From NCBI GenBank assembly GCA_010909165.1, contig MU008199.1:390248-454247 (forward strand): a stretch of DNA of 64,000 nucleotides. The letters run 5' to 3'. Shown here one piece after another: positions 35,530 to 45,654 of this stretch. Source of the DNA: Anthoceros angustus. Lineage: Eukaryota > Plantae > Anthocerotophyta. Below the pieces are notes generated by a model, which did not search any database, was not told where the DNA came from, and worked only from the letters and a program-made list of their open reading frames with translations. Numbering within the stretch: the stretch's first letter is position 1; each line of letters opens with the position of its first letter. Position numbers and translations under genes: made by a program.

Positions 35530-36890
35530 ACAATTCACAAGGCTATCCCCATCCAAGTAACTACTACACAACAATCTCCAACAGGGGTGCACAATGATCT
35601 GCAAATGTCTTGAAAGACGTGTATGAACCACAAGGACGGGCTGTGAACACCAGAGGGAGGCTGTCAAGTAGTGACCTGTTTGGTAAGAGGGCTCACCAGG
35701 ATGGATGTTGTTGAAGAAAAGCGACTCATGGCCATCATTATCGAAATCAGCAGCAAGGACTGTCCGTATGGCTTTTCTGACTACCATCTCTGGGGGGCCA
35801 ATGTCCTTGTTCGCTCCAGCATCTGCCGAGGCATACTTGAAACCAAAGAGCTCTTGCTCCTCCTCGAAGACCAGATCCATCTGGTGGGAAGAGCCTATGC
35901 GGTCCCTGTCATTGCAGATAAAATCAAGGAATATCCACAAACGTAATAGAAGGATCAAGTCGCTCCGAAAAGTACCTGCCAGTTGCCGGAAACCAAACCA
36001 AACTCTCCATGGAAATCAACCACTGACAGTTTTGTAGTGAATCTGTGAGCCTGCAACACAAAGCAACTTTGAAACGTTGTCAAATCATGCCACAACTTTC
36101 CATCAACCCTAAGCACAGACGTGATACTCTTTACACCCTAGCGACAAGTCTGTAGCTTTTCTTACCCGTACGCTCCGGCACATTCTTCATATTCTCCTGT
36201 ACCATCGTTCTTACTTCGAAACAGAAAGTTTGCCACAACCCAATGACAGGCCAATTCTGAGCTTACTTGCTTTGAATATCCACTGGTAACCAAGCAAGAG
36301 AATACAAGCTGTAAATGAGGTTCAGTTTGTCAAGGTTTCTAGTTAACCGTTTACTCGTTGCCATCAACAATATCCTAGTCATGGCCAGAAACAAGGAGGA
36401 AGAGAAACAAGTGCACGCCCAGCAGTTGGATAAGTTGTAAGCCTGAAGGACGCATTCCAGCTAGAGAGTCCGATACCCATTACATGCATGGAAAGGGAAC
36501 TAAAAACTAGTAAAACTTGAAATATGTTCTAAACATGATGGATGGATGTCCAACTTGAAAGCAAGTGATGCCTGCTTCCATGTACGATCAGTTTCTGCTC
36601 GAGCTCATGAATATGGCACGACAGCTTCAGGGAGGATCGATGCACATACATATGTAGTGATACATAGCAATCAAGGTTAGTTCCAGTGTTTCTTCGCAGC
36701 CAATTTGTATGTACTACGATCTCAGATGGAATCTGCAGCAGTTCGACCTCGGAAACGCATGTCTGGCAAACATTTATTCCACGTTCGCATAGGCTAGAGA
36801 AACAATACTTGGGGCTCCACTCCTCTGGTTTGCCCCTACGAGTTGCCGCTGGACGGGACCAAGGCCGACCCTGAGAACCTGCGTGCAACG
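35530..36890 (-). pseudogene. CRTAC1-like FG-GAP/ASPIC-UnbV beta-propeller gene remnant
   Basis: Ordered minus-strand segments: GRALVSLP..GHD*DIVDGNE* / KNDGTGEYEECAGAYG / LSVVDFHGEFGLVSGNWQ / AIRTVLAADFDNDGHESLFFNNI. These are collinear with CRTAC1 motifs as recalled, with in-frame stops. Confidence 0.7.
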
Positions 36891-36930
36891 AGCAAACATG
36901 CTACTCAACAATTTAGAATCGGGCCTAAAA

Positions 36931-36977
36931 CCCATATTGAGTAGCTAGTAAGGGTGACCAAGACTTTCGTATGTAAA
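36931..36977 (+). promoter_or_regulatory. U1 promoter: USE-like element (cccatattga, ~-69) and TATA-like tatgtaaa (~-30)
   Basis: Same motif and spacing as upstream of the U2 gene. Confidence 0.65.
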
Positions 36978-36999
36978 CTGGTGAACTTGGCTGAGGGAC

Positions 37000-37158
37000 A
37001 TACTTACCTGGGCGGGGCCTATCGGTTATCAGGAAGGCCGATGACCTGGTGTCACCTCCGCCATTGCACCACGGCCGGGGTGGTTCCACTATCTACCTAC
37101 GGGTAGAATAGACGTCATAATTTGTGGCAGCGGGGGCTCGCGTACGCGCGGCCCCTAA
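37000..37158 (+). ncRNA. U1: U1 spliceosomal snRNA
   Basis: ATACTTACCTGG 5' splice-site pairing end, SL1 loop TATCAGGAAG, U1A loop CCATTGCAC, Sm site AATTTGTGG, and 3' stem GGGGGCTCGCGTACGCGCGGCCCC. Confidence 0.96.
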
Positions 37159-37422
37159 CCCAATTCAATTCAAGTTGCATCTCGACAAGGATTTGAAGAG
37201 TTAACGACTTTGACTTGCTCGTCAAGGGAGCGCTTGAAATATTTAGCAGTCCGCAACCATGTCCGTGATGACGGTCTACATTTCAATTCGAAGTCCCATG
37301 GGGCCATGTGGACTGAGTGCTTGCTTGAGCCCCACTCTAGGAAGCCTTGACTTGCTTGTCAAGTAAGTAGTCGGAACAATTAGCAGTCCGCAAAGCAGAC
37401 CTGCTGCAATTCACGAAGTAAG

Positions 37423-38394
37423 ATGGGGGGCGATGCCCTAAACGTTTCCACGAGGAGGCTGTCTTTGGCAGAGTTCGCACAGGTGAAGGATGACATGCTT
37501 GTAATCCTTGCAGAGTGTTACAATGTCGTGCGAGTTCCACCCCCAAATCCTGATAAAATGAGCTTCGGAGATGTGGACGTTCTGGTTTCCGAAGTGAAGG
37601 CCGAGTTTGATCCAGTCTCGCATCCGCAAGTGTTGTCCAAGGAGAAGGTTCGCAATGGAGATATTCTCTCCTTCGAGTACAAGGGCTTTCAAGTGGATCG
37701 AATTCTGGTGCAGGACGTGGAAATGGCTTTGATGTGTTACAGCTATGGCGATGTCGGAATGATTCTGGGAGCGATTTGCAAGCCCTTGCAACTCAAAGTG
37801 TCGCAGAATGGCCTGTTTCTGAAGCTCTCACAAGATTTGTTCGATCTGCCTGACCTCAAGCTTTCGTCCAACCCCGCAGCTATTTTCGATTTTGTAGGCT
37901 TATCTTATGACAGATTCCAGCAGGGTTTTGAGAGTGAGAAAGACGTTCTGGAATTTGTGGGAGGTGCCACGCGTTTTAGGCAGCTCCCAAATTTATGGAT
38001 CCGGGAGAACAATCATTTCAGGCGACGATCCCAGCAGCGACACATGTTTGCCAGGTTTTTCGAACTGCATGCCGTGAAGCTACTGAAGCAAGACCAGGAA
38101 ACGGTTGAGCTATCAGAGAGAGTTGATAAGATTGCAGACAACACACGGAGGCAGGCGCTCGATTTCTTTCACAAGCAAAGCGAGTATCAACGTCTGGCTG
38201 ATGCAGCCGCGGTGAGGAGGCGCTTCAAGGAGGTGATCAACGGACGGTCGATTGGAGGATGGACTGGACTGTCTGGCCCTGCCCTCGGGGCTGCCGTGGT
38301 GAAAGTTAAGGCATGTATTTCGGAACAAGAGGTGCTAGAGAAGTCACTTGTAGATCTGGAGAGGCGAGTTAGAGATGTGCTCTTCGCTACATAG
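37423..38394 (+). CDS. Intronless Pol-beta-superfamily nucleotidyltransferase-like protein (323 aa), candidate horizontal acquisition
   Basis: MGGDAL..TRRL N-terminus, K.SFGDVDVLV catalytic motif, third Asp in FQVD, then YSYGDVGMILG, FVGLSYDRFQQGF and INGRSIGGWTGLSGPALG. ORF is open with no stops. Confidence 0.8.
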   Translation: MGGDALNVSTRRLSLAEFAQVKDDMLVILAECYNVVRVPPPNPDKMSFGDVDVLVSEVKAEFDPVSHPQVLSKEKVRNGDILSFEYKGFQVDRILVQDVEMALMCYSYGDVGMILGAICKPLQLKVSQNGLFLKLSQDLFDLPDLKLSSNPAAIFDFVGLSYDRFQQGFESEKDVLEFVGGATRFRQLPNLWIRENNHFRRRSQQRHMFARFFELHAVKLLKQDQETVELSERVDKIADNTRRQALDFFHKQSEYQRLADAAAVRRRFKEVINGRSIGGWTGLSGPALGAAVVKVKACISEQEVLEKSLVDLERRVRDVLFAT

Positions 38395-38638
38395 TTTGCA
38401 GGCACAAAAAGGCGATTTCTTCAAACTCGTGTTCAATAGGACAGACTACAAATTAGTTTGTAGGCACAAAAAGGCGATTTCTTGAAACTAGTGTTCAATA
38501 GGACAGACTACAAATTAGTTTGTAGGCAAAAAAGGCGATTTCTTGAAACTCGTGTTGAATAAGACAGACTACAAATTAGTTTGTAGGCACGAAAAGGCGA
38601 TTTCTTGAAACTTGTGTTCAATAGGACAGACTACAAAC
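38392..38638. repeat. ~62-bp tandem repeat x4 starting at the NTase stop codon
   Basis: tagtttg.aggcac.aaaaggcgatttctt.aaact.gtgtt.aata.gacagactacaaa x4. Confidence 0.92.
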
Positions 38639-38697
38639 ACGCTTCTTTCTTGCGCTCGTTCTAGTTTGGATAACATAGCTCCAATGCTACCACAAGT

Positions 38698-38822
38698 GAA
38701 ATCTGCTGCACATGGCTCTCTGTTGAAATGAAACTGAAATCTGCTGCATATTGCTTGCTGTTGAAATGAAACTGAAATCTGTTGCACATTGCTTGCTGTT
38801 GAAGTGAAACTGAAATCTGCTG
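38698..38822. repeat. ~38-bp tandem repeat x3
   Basis: gaaatctg.tgca.attgcttgctgttgaa.tgaaact repeated. Confidence 0.88.
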
Positions 38823-39997
38823 ATAACCTTTGGCAGAAGTTTCCATAGCCTTAGATCAGATTCCATTACGATACATAAGCAACGTAACGGCTGGAGTTTT
38901 ACCCTATCCACGAGCTCCTGACAGAAATTGGTTGTTGTGTACATTGTAGTAGTGAAGGTGCTGCATTGTAGTAGTGAAGGTGGTATGGATGTCCATATAA
39001 CCCATGGGGCCGGTGATTCGAAGGCCCTGTAATTGCTCAGGACCAGAAGTTGTCACAACCATTGTGTACATCTTTTTCCAGTCCATTGATTTCTGGCATC
39101 AACAACAGAGTGTACGGTAGATGAAGCATGAGCTTGTCGAGTTCTGCTTTCAATGATGAAGACTTTCCGAGTTCCCCCAGCTCAAGAACTTTGTGAGACG
39201 GGAGAAAAACAATGGAAATGTAGTTCAGCTAGCGGGTAGCTCTGATTGAATGTGCCTAACGTCTCAGTCCATGGCCGTCCATTGTCCGTATTGGAGGTAA
39301 ATAACAAACTTTGCGTCTGTGGATTTTAACATACGCTCTTCTGGATTGGAGCCTACAAGCCAAGAACCACGGCCACAGTATATGGAATTCACTAAATCAC
39401 AAACTAACATGCAACCACGGTTTCGCACATAACATTTTTCGAGTCACAAAGCCACTTGCCAACTTTGAAGTCAAGAAACCAAGTTTTTAGCCACAGCCTA
39501 AGTCGAGAAACTACGTTTCCAACTTCCATCCCCAAGGTATGGAGTCTACGCGTTCCCTCGGAAACCTAAGGCCGTGCTCAATGAGCAATTAAGAGCATCA
39601 CCAAAATTCTCCACCCGCAGTTTTGCAGTTCGATAACAGGAAAGGAAAGAGGGGACTGGAGGATCTCACCGGAACTAGTTTTAAGAGATGGAGGTTCATG
39701 AGGCTCACGGAGCCCTACCTCATCGACCAGTTTTTTCAGGAGCGACTGGATTACGATCCGCAGCGAGGAGTATGGCGAATCGCGAGTAGAAGGCTTGGTT
39801 TACATTGCACATAGTGAAATGTAAAAGCGGTATGCCATGAAACCGGCGCTGACAAAGTTTCATTAAAGCCCTCAATTTGAAACAGTTACTCAGCAGATGC
39901 AGTCACTGATGAGCTGCAGCAATGCCCAAGTTGCATTGGTGGTGACATCAAGACAGAGATATCGGCTTCACAGGGAAGGCGATGGCGATAGCTGCTC

Positions 39998-40587
39998 TCA
40001 GTACCCTTGATAAACATAGTCAGTGTGCAGTGGGGGATCGTTGGAGGGAGCGGCCGGCAGTGGCCTTAGAGATGGCAGCAGCGTTGGCGACATTGCAGCT
40101 GAGTCGGCTGTTTCCTTGGTCAGAGTTGGTCGCTCTTGGTTGGATGACTCGGAAGAAGCAAGAGCTGCCTCCACCTCAGGATGCGAGTCCTGTCCACAAC
40201 AACACTCAGCTCCCATGTCACGCAGTCTCCAAGGAAAGCCCATGCACAACACGTACAGTAACTGCAGTTTGCAGAATGAATGCAAATAAGGTAGATTGGA
40301 GGAAGGTTACGATTTTGTGCACACTGACCAGGCTGAAGAAATGTGTGCGTCCAAGTTGTGCCGATGACAATGTTGATACGACAGCTGCACAGCCAACAGA
40401 AGAGGGAGGCATGAGGTGAGTTATGACTGTGGCTCGCATTGATGAAAGCCAGAGAAAGAGAGTATGAGACGGATTGTGTGGGGAAGCATAGACAAGTACC
40501 TTCGTTCCTCAAGGGACGGATGCCGTGGGCTGGAACATGCAGCAGGGAGAGGCAGAGGAGCAGCATGGTCCAGACGGTTAGGCCCAT
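39998..40587 (-). CDS. Secreted peptide precursor, phytosulfokine-like (3 exons)
   Basis: Exon 1 MGLTVWTMLLLCLSLLHVPAHGIRPLRNE (signal peptide). GT-AG introns give an in-frame exon 2 AVVSTLSSAQLGRTHFFSL and exon 3 ending ...NDPPLHTDYVYQGY*. Confidence 0.6.
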
Positions 40588-41567
40588 TTTTCGCAACTTG
40601 AGACAACAAGCCTTATTAGGGCAGGCCTTGGTGTTGTCAGAAATTTTAGCAGGATGTTATCAAAAGCACCAGGACCGCAGGCTGAGAGGGCTTCAAGAAG
40701 TTGTCTGCTTTACTTCTACAAGGCCATGGTGGAACACACATATAGGTCTGTAAGAGAGCAAAATGCCGGCTTCCGACGGCCAAGGAGCAGAGGACCGCGC
40801 CCCCGAAGGCCGAGGACCCATGATCAAGTCAGGTACAAAAAGGCTTGAAATTCAATTTTCATAAGTCTGGTTTCCCTGGCTGCCTACGCATTTGCCAGGC
40901 ATACCCAGAAAGTCATTGTAGACCGGTCGATATCCTGCAGGTGGACTTGTCAAGCGGAAGCGGCCTCATTGGGTTCGTAGTAGTTGACAACACGTTAGAG
41001 AGCAAATTAGTGTCCTGTAAGCAAGTGGTGATGTCCTCGAATTCGTTTCTTCCGAGTCCCTGCAGATCCCGCAGGCTGCAGGAAGGATCACTCCATCAAA
41101 ACTTAAGCATTTGGTCACCGGACATGGAGGATGCCTGGCTGGCTGGCTGGCTGAGCATACAAGAAGAAAATAAGTAACGGACTTGTGCCGCAATTGCGCC
41201 ATCAGGTGCGGAGTGCAGACCCTTGAAAAAGTTCAAAGCCTTGGCCGTGATGATGGTACCGAGAGTGACCACTCTCCAGCTCGCAGAATGGGCGAGCACC
41301 AAAGGACAGAACATAATTGCGACGCAGCATTGCAGAGCAGCCACTCCACGCCGTGGCCCGTAACTGGCTGGTATTGTTGCTGTTGCGCTCGCCGTGATGC
41401 TGCCGCTTCCTACCTTTGTTTTGTATGGGAAGTAGTTAAGAACGACCTGGTACGGGATCCGTAAATCCACTTCCCCAACTATTACTTCTTCGTTGAGCAA
41501 ACCCTTGACATTCCCCAGGCGGCAGCGGCAGAGGCGCGGTGATGGCAGAGACAGAGGAGCGCTCTGT

Positions 41568-41632
41568 CCTGTCCTGTCCTGCCCTGCCCTGCCCTGCCCT
41601 GCCCTGCCCTGCCCTGCCCTGCCCTGCCCTGC
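41568..41632. repeat. (GCCCT)n / (GTCCT)n pentamer microsatellite
   Basis: gtcctgtcctgtcct followed by about 10 gccct units. Confidence 0.95.
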
Positions 41633-41689
41633 CCGGCCATTCAGGAGCGCCGGACATGGCCGTCTGCTCGAGCGGAGCGTGATGGTGCC

Positions 41690-43935
41690 CAGGCTGGCGG
41701 GACCGCAGTAGCCGGCGAAGACGTTGCTGTAGGACTTGGTGAGGTAGGCGAAGTTGGCGACGGCGGGAGGGCGGCCACCCGCTCGCCCTGCTCCAGAAGC
41801 GCCTGCAGGTCCAGCCGCTGCAGCGTGAGCACGGCCTTGGACTCGCGCCACACGAACGCCAGCGTGCCCCTGGCGTCCACGAACAGGTCCCCGGGTTTGG
41901 AGCCCGGGTAGCGAAAGCCATAGCCGTTGGCGATGCCCTCGCCCTGGTAGCTCTCCACCGTGTCCCCCCAGTGCCCGTCCCGGAGGCGCTCCCAGGGGAA
42001 CGCCTCCGCCGACGGCTCCTCCATCTTGGCAGTGAACATGGCGGAGCCGTTTGGATGCAGCACGTAGTGTGTTCCCTCCAGGATCTTGGTGGCGATCAGC
42101 AGCCGCCCCTCTTCCGTCTCGGCGTAGGAGAGGAGCAGGAAGAAGAGCGCCTTCCGGGCTTGTCGTCCGCGGGCCTGCCCGGCGGCCACCCGAATGTCCC
42201 TCCCACAGCCCGCGTGCTCCTCCGCCTCCGCCTCCTGCTCCGGCATCTTGTAGAGGGCGAAGCGGTTGTCGTGCATGATAGGCCAGGCCCGGTAGAAGGA
42301 GAGCTTCCAGCTCGTGGCGTGCAAGCGCAGCCCCACACTGGTGCCCTGCCGCAGAAACTCCTGCAGCTGCAGCCGCTTCTTCTCGGCGTTGCTGCTGCTG
42401 CTGCTCAAGCCGCTGTTCCCCGTCCCCGCCCGTAAGCATCCTCCTGCCCCCGCGTAGCTGTAATTCTTCCCGATAATCTGCTTCATCTTGCTCCTCACGA
42501 ATTTCGCAAACCCCAGCTTGCCCTTGCTGCTGCTGCTCCTGCCATGGGAGGATGATGATGATGCCACTCCTGCTCCTGCCGGTGCTGCTGCCGCAGCCGG
42601 ACAGGAGCTGGTTCCCACTGCAGTTGATCCTGAACATAATCCTCCTCCTCCTCCACGATTGCCCTTGATGCTGCTGCTGCTGCTGGCCTTGGAACATGAA
42701 GAGGAAGAGGAGGAAGAAGACGGCATGTTGTCCCGCTCCCCTGCCCCGCACAAAGCGCGGAGCAGGCTCTCGGAATCCACCCCCTCGCACTGCGATCCCG
42801 ACTCCGGCTCCATGGCGCAGGGGTCGCCGTGGCTGTACATCCACATGAGGAGAAGCCGACGCTCGGCCAGCAGAAGCAGGTCCCTCTGCCGGACCTGCTT
42901 GTATGCTTGAGCGTCCAGATCAGAGCTGAATTCCAGCCTCCGGCTAAGGAAGAGGGGGCCTCTGGCGCTGTCGGGGACGCTGAGGCCAACGTGCGGGGCC
43001 AGGTGCTCCAGCAGCCGCCTGCGGTCTCCGAAGGCGAGCCGGTTGAAGGGCACGGCCTCTCCTGCATCATCTGCATCCCCGGCAGCCAGCGCACAACACC
43101 TTCTACAACCACAACGAGTGCTACGACCAGAGCTGCTATGGCCGACCTTGCGTGAGGAAGGAGAAGAAGAAATGGAAGACGATGCTCCTCTCCCGTTGCC
43201 GTGGCCGAATGCGGCGTTGTTGTTGTTGCTGTTGTTGTAATCGTCGCCATCCGCAGAGTCGTCGCTGTGGTCCGCCAGGGGCGGCACCACCAGAGGGCTG
43301 TCCGGGCTGGTGGGAGAGCAGGGCTTGGCGGCGGCGCTGATGGTGCTGGCGGCGGCGCCGCGCATAAGCGGCTCAGCCTCCAGGAGCAGCACGTTGGGAT
43401 CCTCCCGCGAGGGCTTGAAGCGGCCGGGGTAGCAGAAGTCCCTGTCCCTGTCCCGGCCGTGGAGGAAGAAGGCGAGCGAGCCGTCGGAATTGCCGATGAT
43501 CTCGAAGACGGGCGCCCAGAGCAGGCCCGTGTCAAGGCCCTTGGGCCCCAGCTCCTGCGGGATGATGCGGCATCCCACCACGGAGACGAAGCCCCAGGTG
43601 ACGTACACCATGTTGCCCAGCTCCGGGTTCTGGTGCACCCAGATGCCCACCAGCGGCTTCACGCTGTAGAGGAAGCGGCAGAGGGCCTTGAAGGAGGGCA
43701 TGGCGCCGCGCCAGGCGTGCAGATCCACCACCTCCCGCGGCACCAGCCTCTCGCAGTGCGGCAGCCACAGCTTGTCGGACGTGCAAAGGCTGCGCAGCTT
43801 CCGGCAGGTGGAGCTCAGGTAGCACAGATCCCTGTGCTGCATCGCGCCGGAGATGAGCGCCAGCACGTCGTCCGGGAGCTCCTGCAGCAGGCTCTCTTTG
43901 CTGCTGCTGCCTTCCCCCCATCCCGTCATCGCCAT
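41690..43935 (-). CDS. F-box protein, At5g39450-like, intronless, with apparent single-base frameshifts
   Basis: N-terminal F-box LPDDVLALIS, then GIWVHQNPELGNMVYVTWGFVSVVGCRIIPQELGP, ALFFLLLSY..LLIATKILEGTHYVLHPNGSAMF, YQGEGIANGYGFRYPGSKPG. The conserved end ANFAYLTKSYSNVFAG lies in a shifted frame. True stop uncertain. Confidence 0.9.
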
Positions 43936-44715
43936 CCCTTCCCTTCCCTTCACCGCCCTCTCGCGCGCATCTGCTCTCAACCCTAGTCCGCTTTGGGGAT
44001 CTGCCGGTCCCCCTTCCGCTCGCTCTCCTCTCACAGTCCCTCCTTCCTTCCTTACTTCCTTCCTTCCTTCCTTCCTCTACCCTCCTCCACCCCGGCAGCG
44101 TGAGTGGGTCACGGGCCTGCTGTTGGGCTGTGCTGTTCTGTGCTGTGCGGGTGATGTGCTGTGCGGCGCTCGGGCCGGGCCGGGCCGGGCCGCCCAAGTG
44201 TCCTGCTCCGCGCCCAGGCCCACCCACACAGTCCCGTCCAGGCCCACACGCAAACACCGTCTCTCTCACACACGCACATGCAAGCAAGCAAAAGCAAAGG
44301 CAAAAACCTTGCCGCGCCTCGCCGCAGTCGCGAGACTCCCCCGTCTTTCTCTCCAACGCACACCGGCAGCCCTCCCCGTAGAGCTAGACTAGTAACTCGT
44401 TGCCATTCTCTCTCTACCATGCACGCACTTTCTCTCTCCGTCGCGCCATTTGATGAGAACCACCCGATGCCGTCCGAATCTCATTAAATGTGGCTCGCCA
44501 TTTTTGAATCACGCCACCTTATCCCCGGCAGGCGCAAACGTTCAATCAGGCCGCGATGAATGCAACGCAATCATCACTGCCTCCTCGTTACCCAACGTCA
44601 TTCCAATATTCCGCATTTCTCTTTACTTCCCGAGCTCTGCAAGCCGGCAGCAAAGGACTGCCTCCACCGGGGCATAAATATGGGCTCCCTCCTCGATCGA
44701 GGCAATGCCTAGTGC

Positions 44716-45100
44716 CACTCCCGACTCCCGACTCCCGACTCCCGACTCCCGACTCCGACTCCCGACTCCCGACTCCCGACTCCCGACTCCCGACTCCCGA
44801 CTCCCGACTCCTGACTCCCGACTCCGACTCCCGACTCCCGACTCCCGACTCCCGACTCCGACTCCGACTCCTGACTCCCGACTCCCGACTCCCGACTCCC
44901 GACTCCTGACCCGACTCCCGACTCCGACTCCCGACTCCCGACTCCTGACTCCCGACTCCCGACTCCCGACTCCTGACTCCCGACTCCCGACTCCCGACTC
45001 CCGACTCCCGACTCCGACTCCCGACTCCCGACTCCCGACTCCCGACTCCGACTCCCGACTCCGACTCCCGACTCCCGACTCCCGACTCCCGAACTCCCGA
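44716..45100. repeat. (CCGACTC)n heptamer array, G-rich strand (GGGAGTC)n
   Basis: About 385 bp of gactccc units with occasional 6-nt and C>T variants. Confidence 0.97.
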
Positions 45101-45654
45101 CTGCTTGTTACTGTCCATGCCGTACATGCAGCAGGTGCTCCACTCGCCCATCTCGGATTTCCGTTTTTCCAAATTACGAAAATGGTATCTATCTACACAC
45201 TTCCATCTTCCATCCATGCTACATGCGGCATGCTACATGCCACATACATGTTACATACCACATCCTACATACAAACATGGGTACATGGTACATATGTACA
45301 CATGTGAGGGATGCTGGGCGTTCCCAAAAATATCAACCGAGAAGGGGTCCACGTAGGCGGGTCTATCCAGGGTGCGGCCAATGGCGAGGCCGTGGCTTCA
45401 GGCGCTGGGGTTTGGGTCCGGATCCGTCCCCACCGGAGGAAGCCAAATTGGCTGTGCCAGCAACTGAGATAGAGCACGCCAGCTCCAGGGACAGGACCAG
45501 CAGCCAGCGGCGGCAGTCAGCAGCTAGCAGCAAGCTCGCTCACGCCCAGGTCACCGTCTTGCTGTTTGTTTGTTTGCTGCCCCCGCGGGCGGGCGTAGTC
45601 CATGTGGGTGGCGGTGGCAGGCTGACGAGCGAGCATTTTGTCAGCTCGACAGCC

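Noticed and set aside
37200-38400. NTase as simple bacterial contamination
   Set aside because: It is contiguous with a plant U1 gene and plant-type flanks, and there is no operon context. Misassembly cannot be fully excluded without reads.
38392-38638. CRISPR-like array next to a foreign-looking enzyme
   Set aside because: Whole units repeat head-to-tail with no unique spacers, there are no cas genes, and the context is eukaryotic.
41096-42844. 582-aa ORF as a separate gene
   Set aside because: It is an alternative frame of the GC-rich F-box gene. Only the short ANFAYLTKSYSNVFAG piece is meaningful.
44716-45100. Interstitial telomere
   Set aside because: The unit GGGAGTC is not TTTAGGG or a variant I know, so it is kept only as a G4-prone satellite.
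44556-45307. ORFs with PTPDSRL / ESGVGSR repeats
   Set aside because: These are translations of the heptamer microsatellite.
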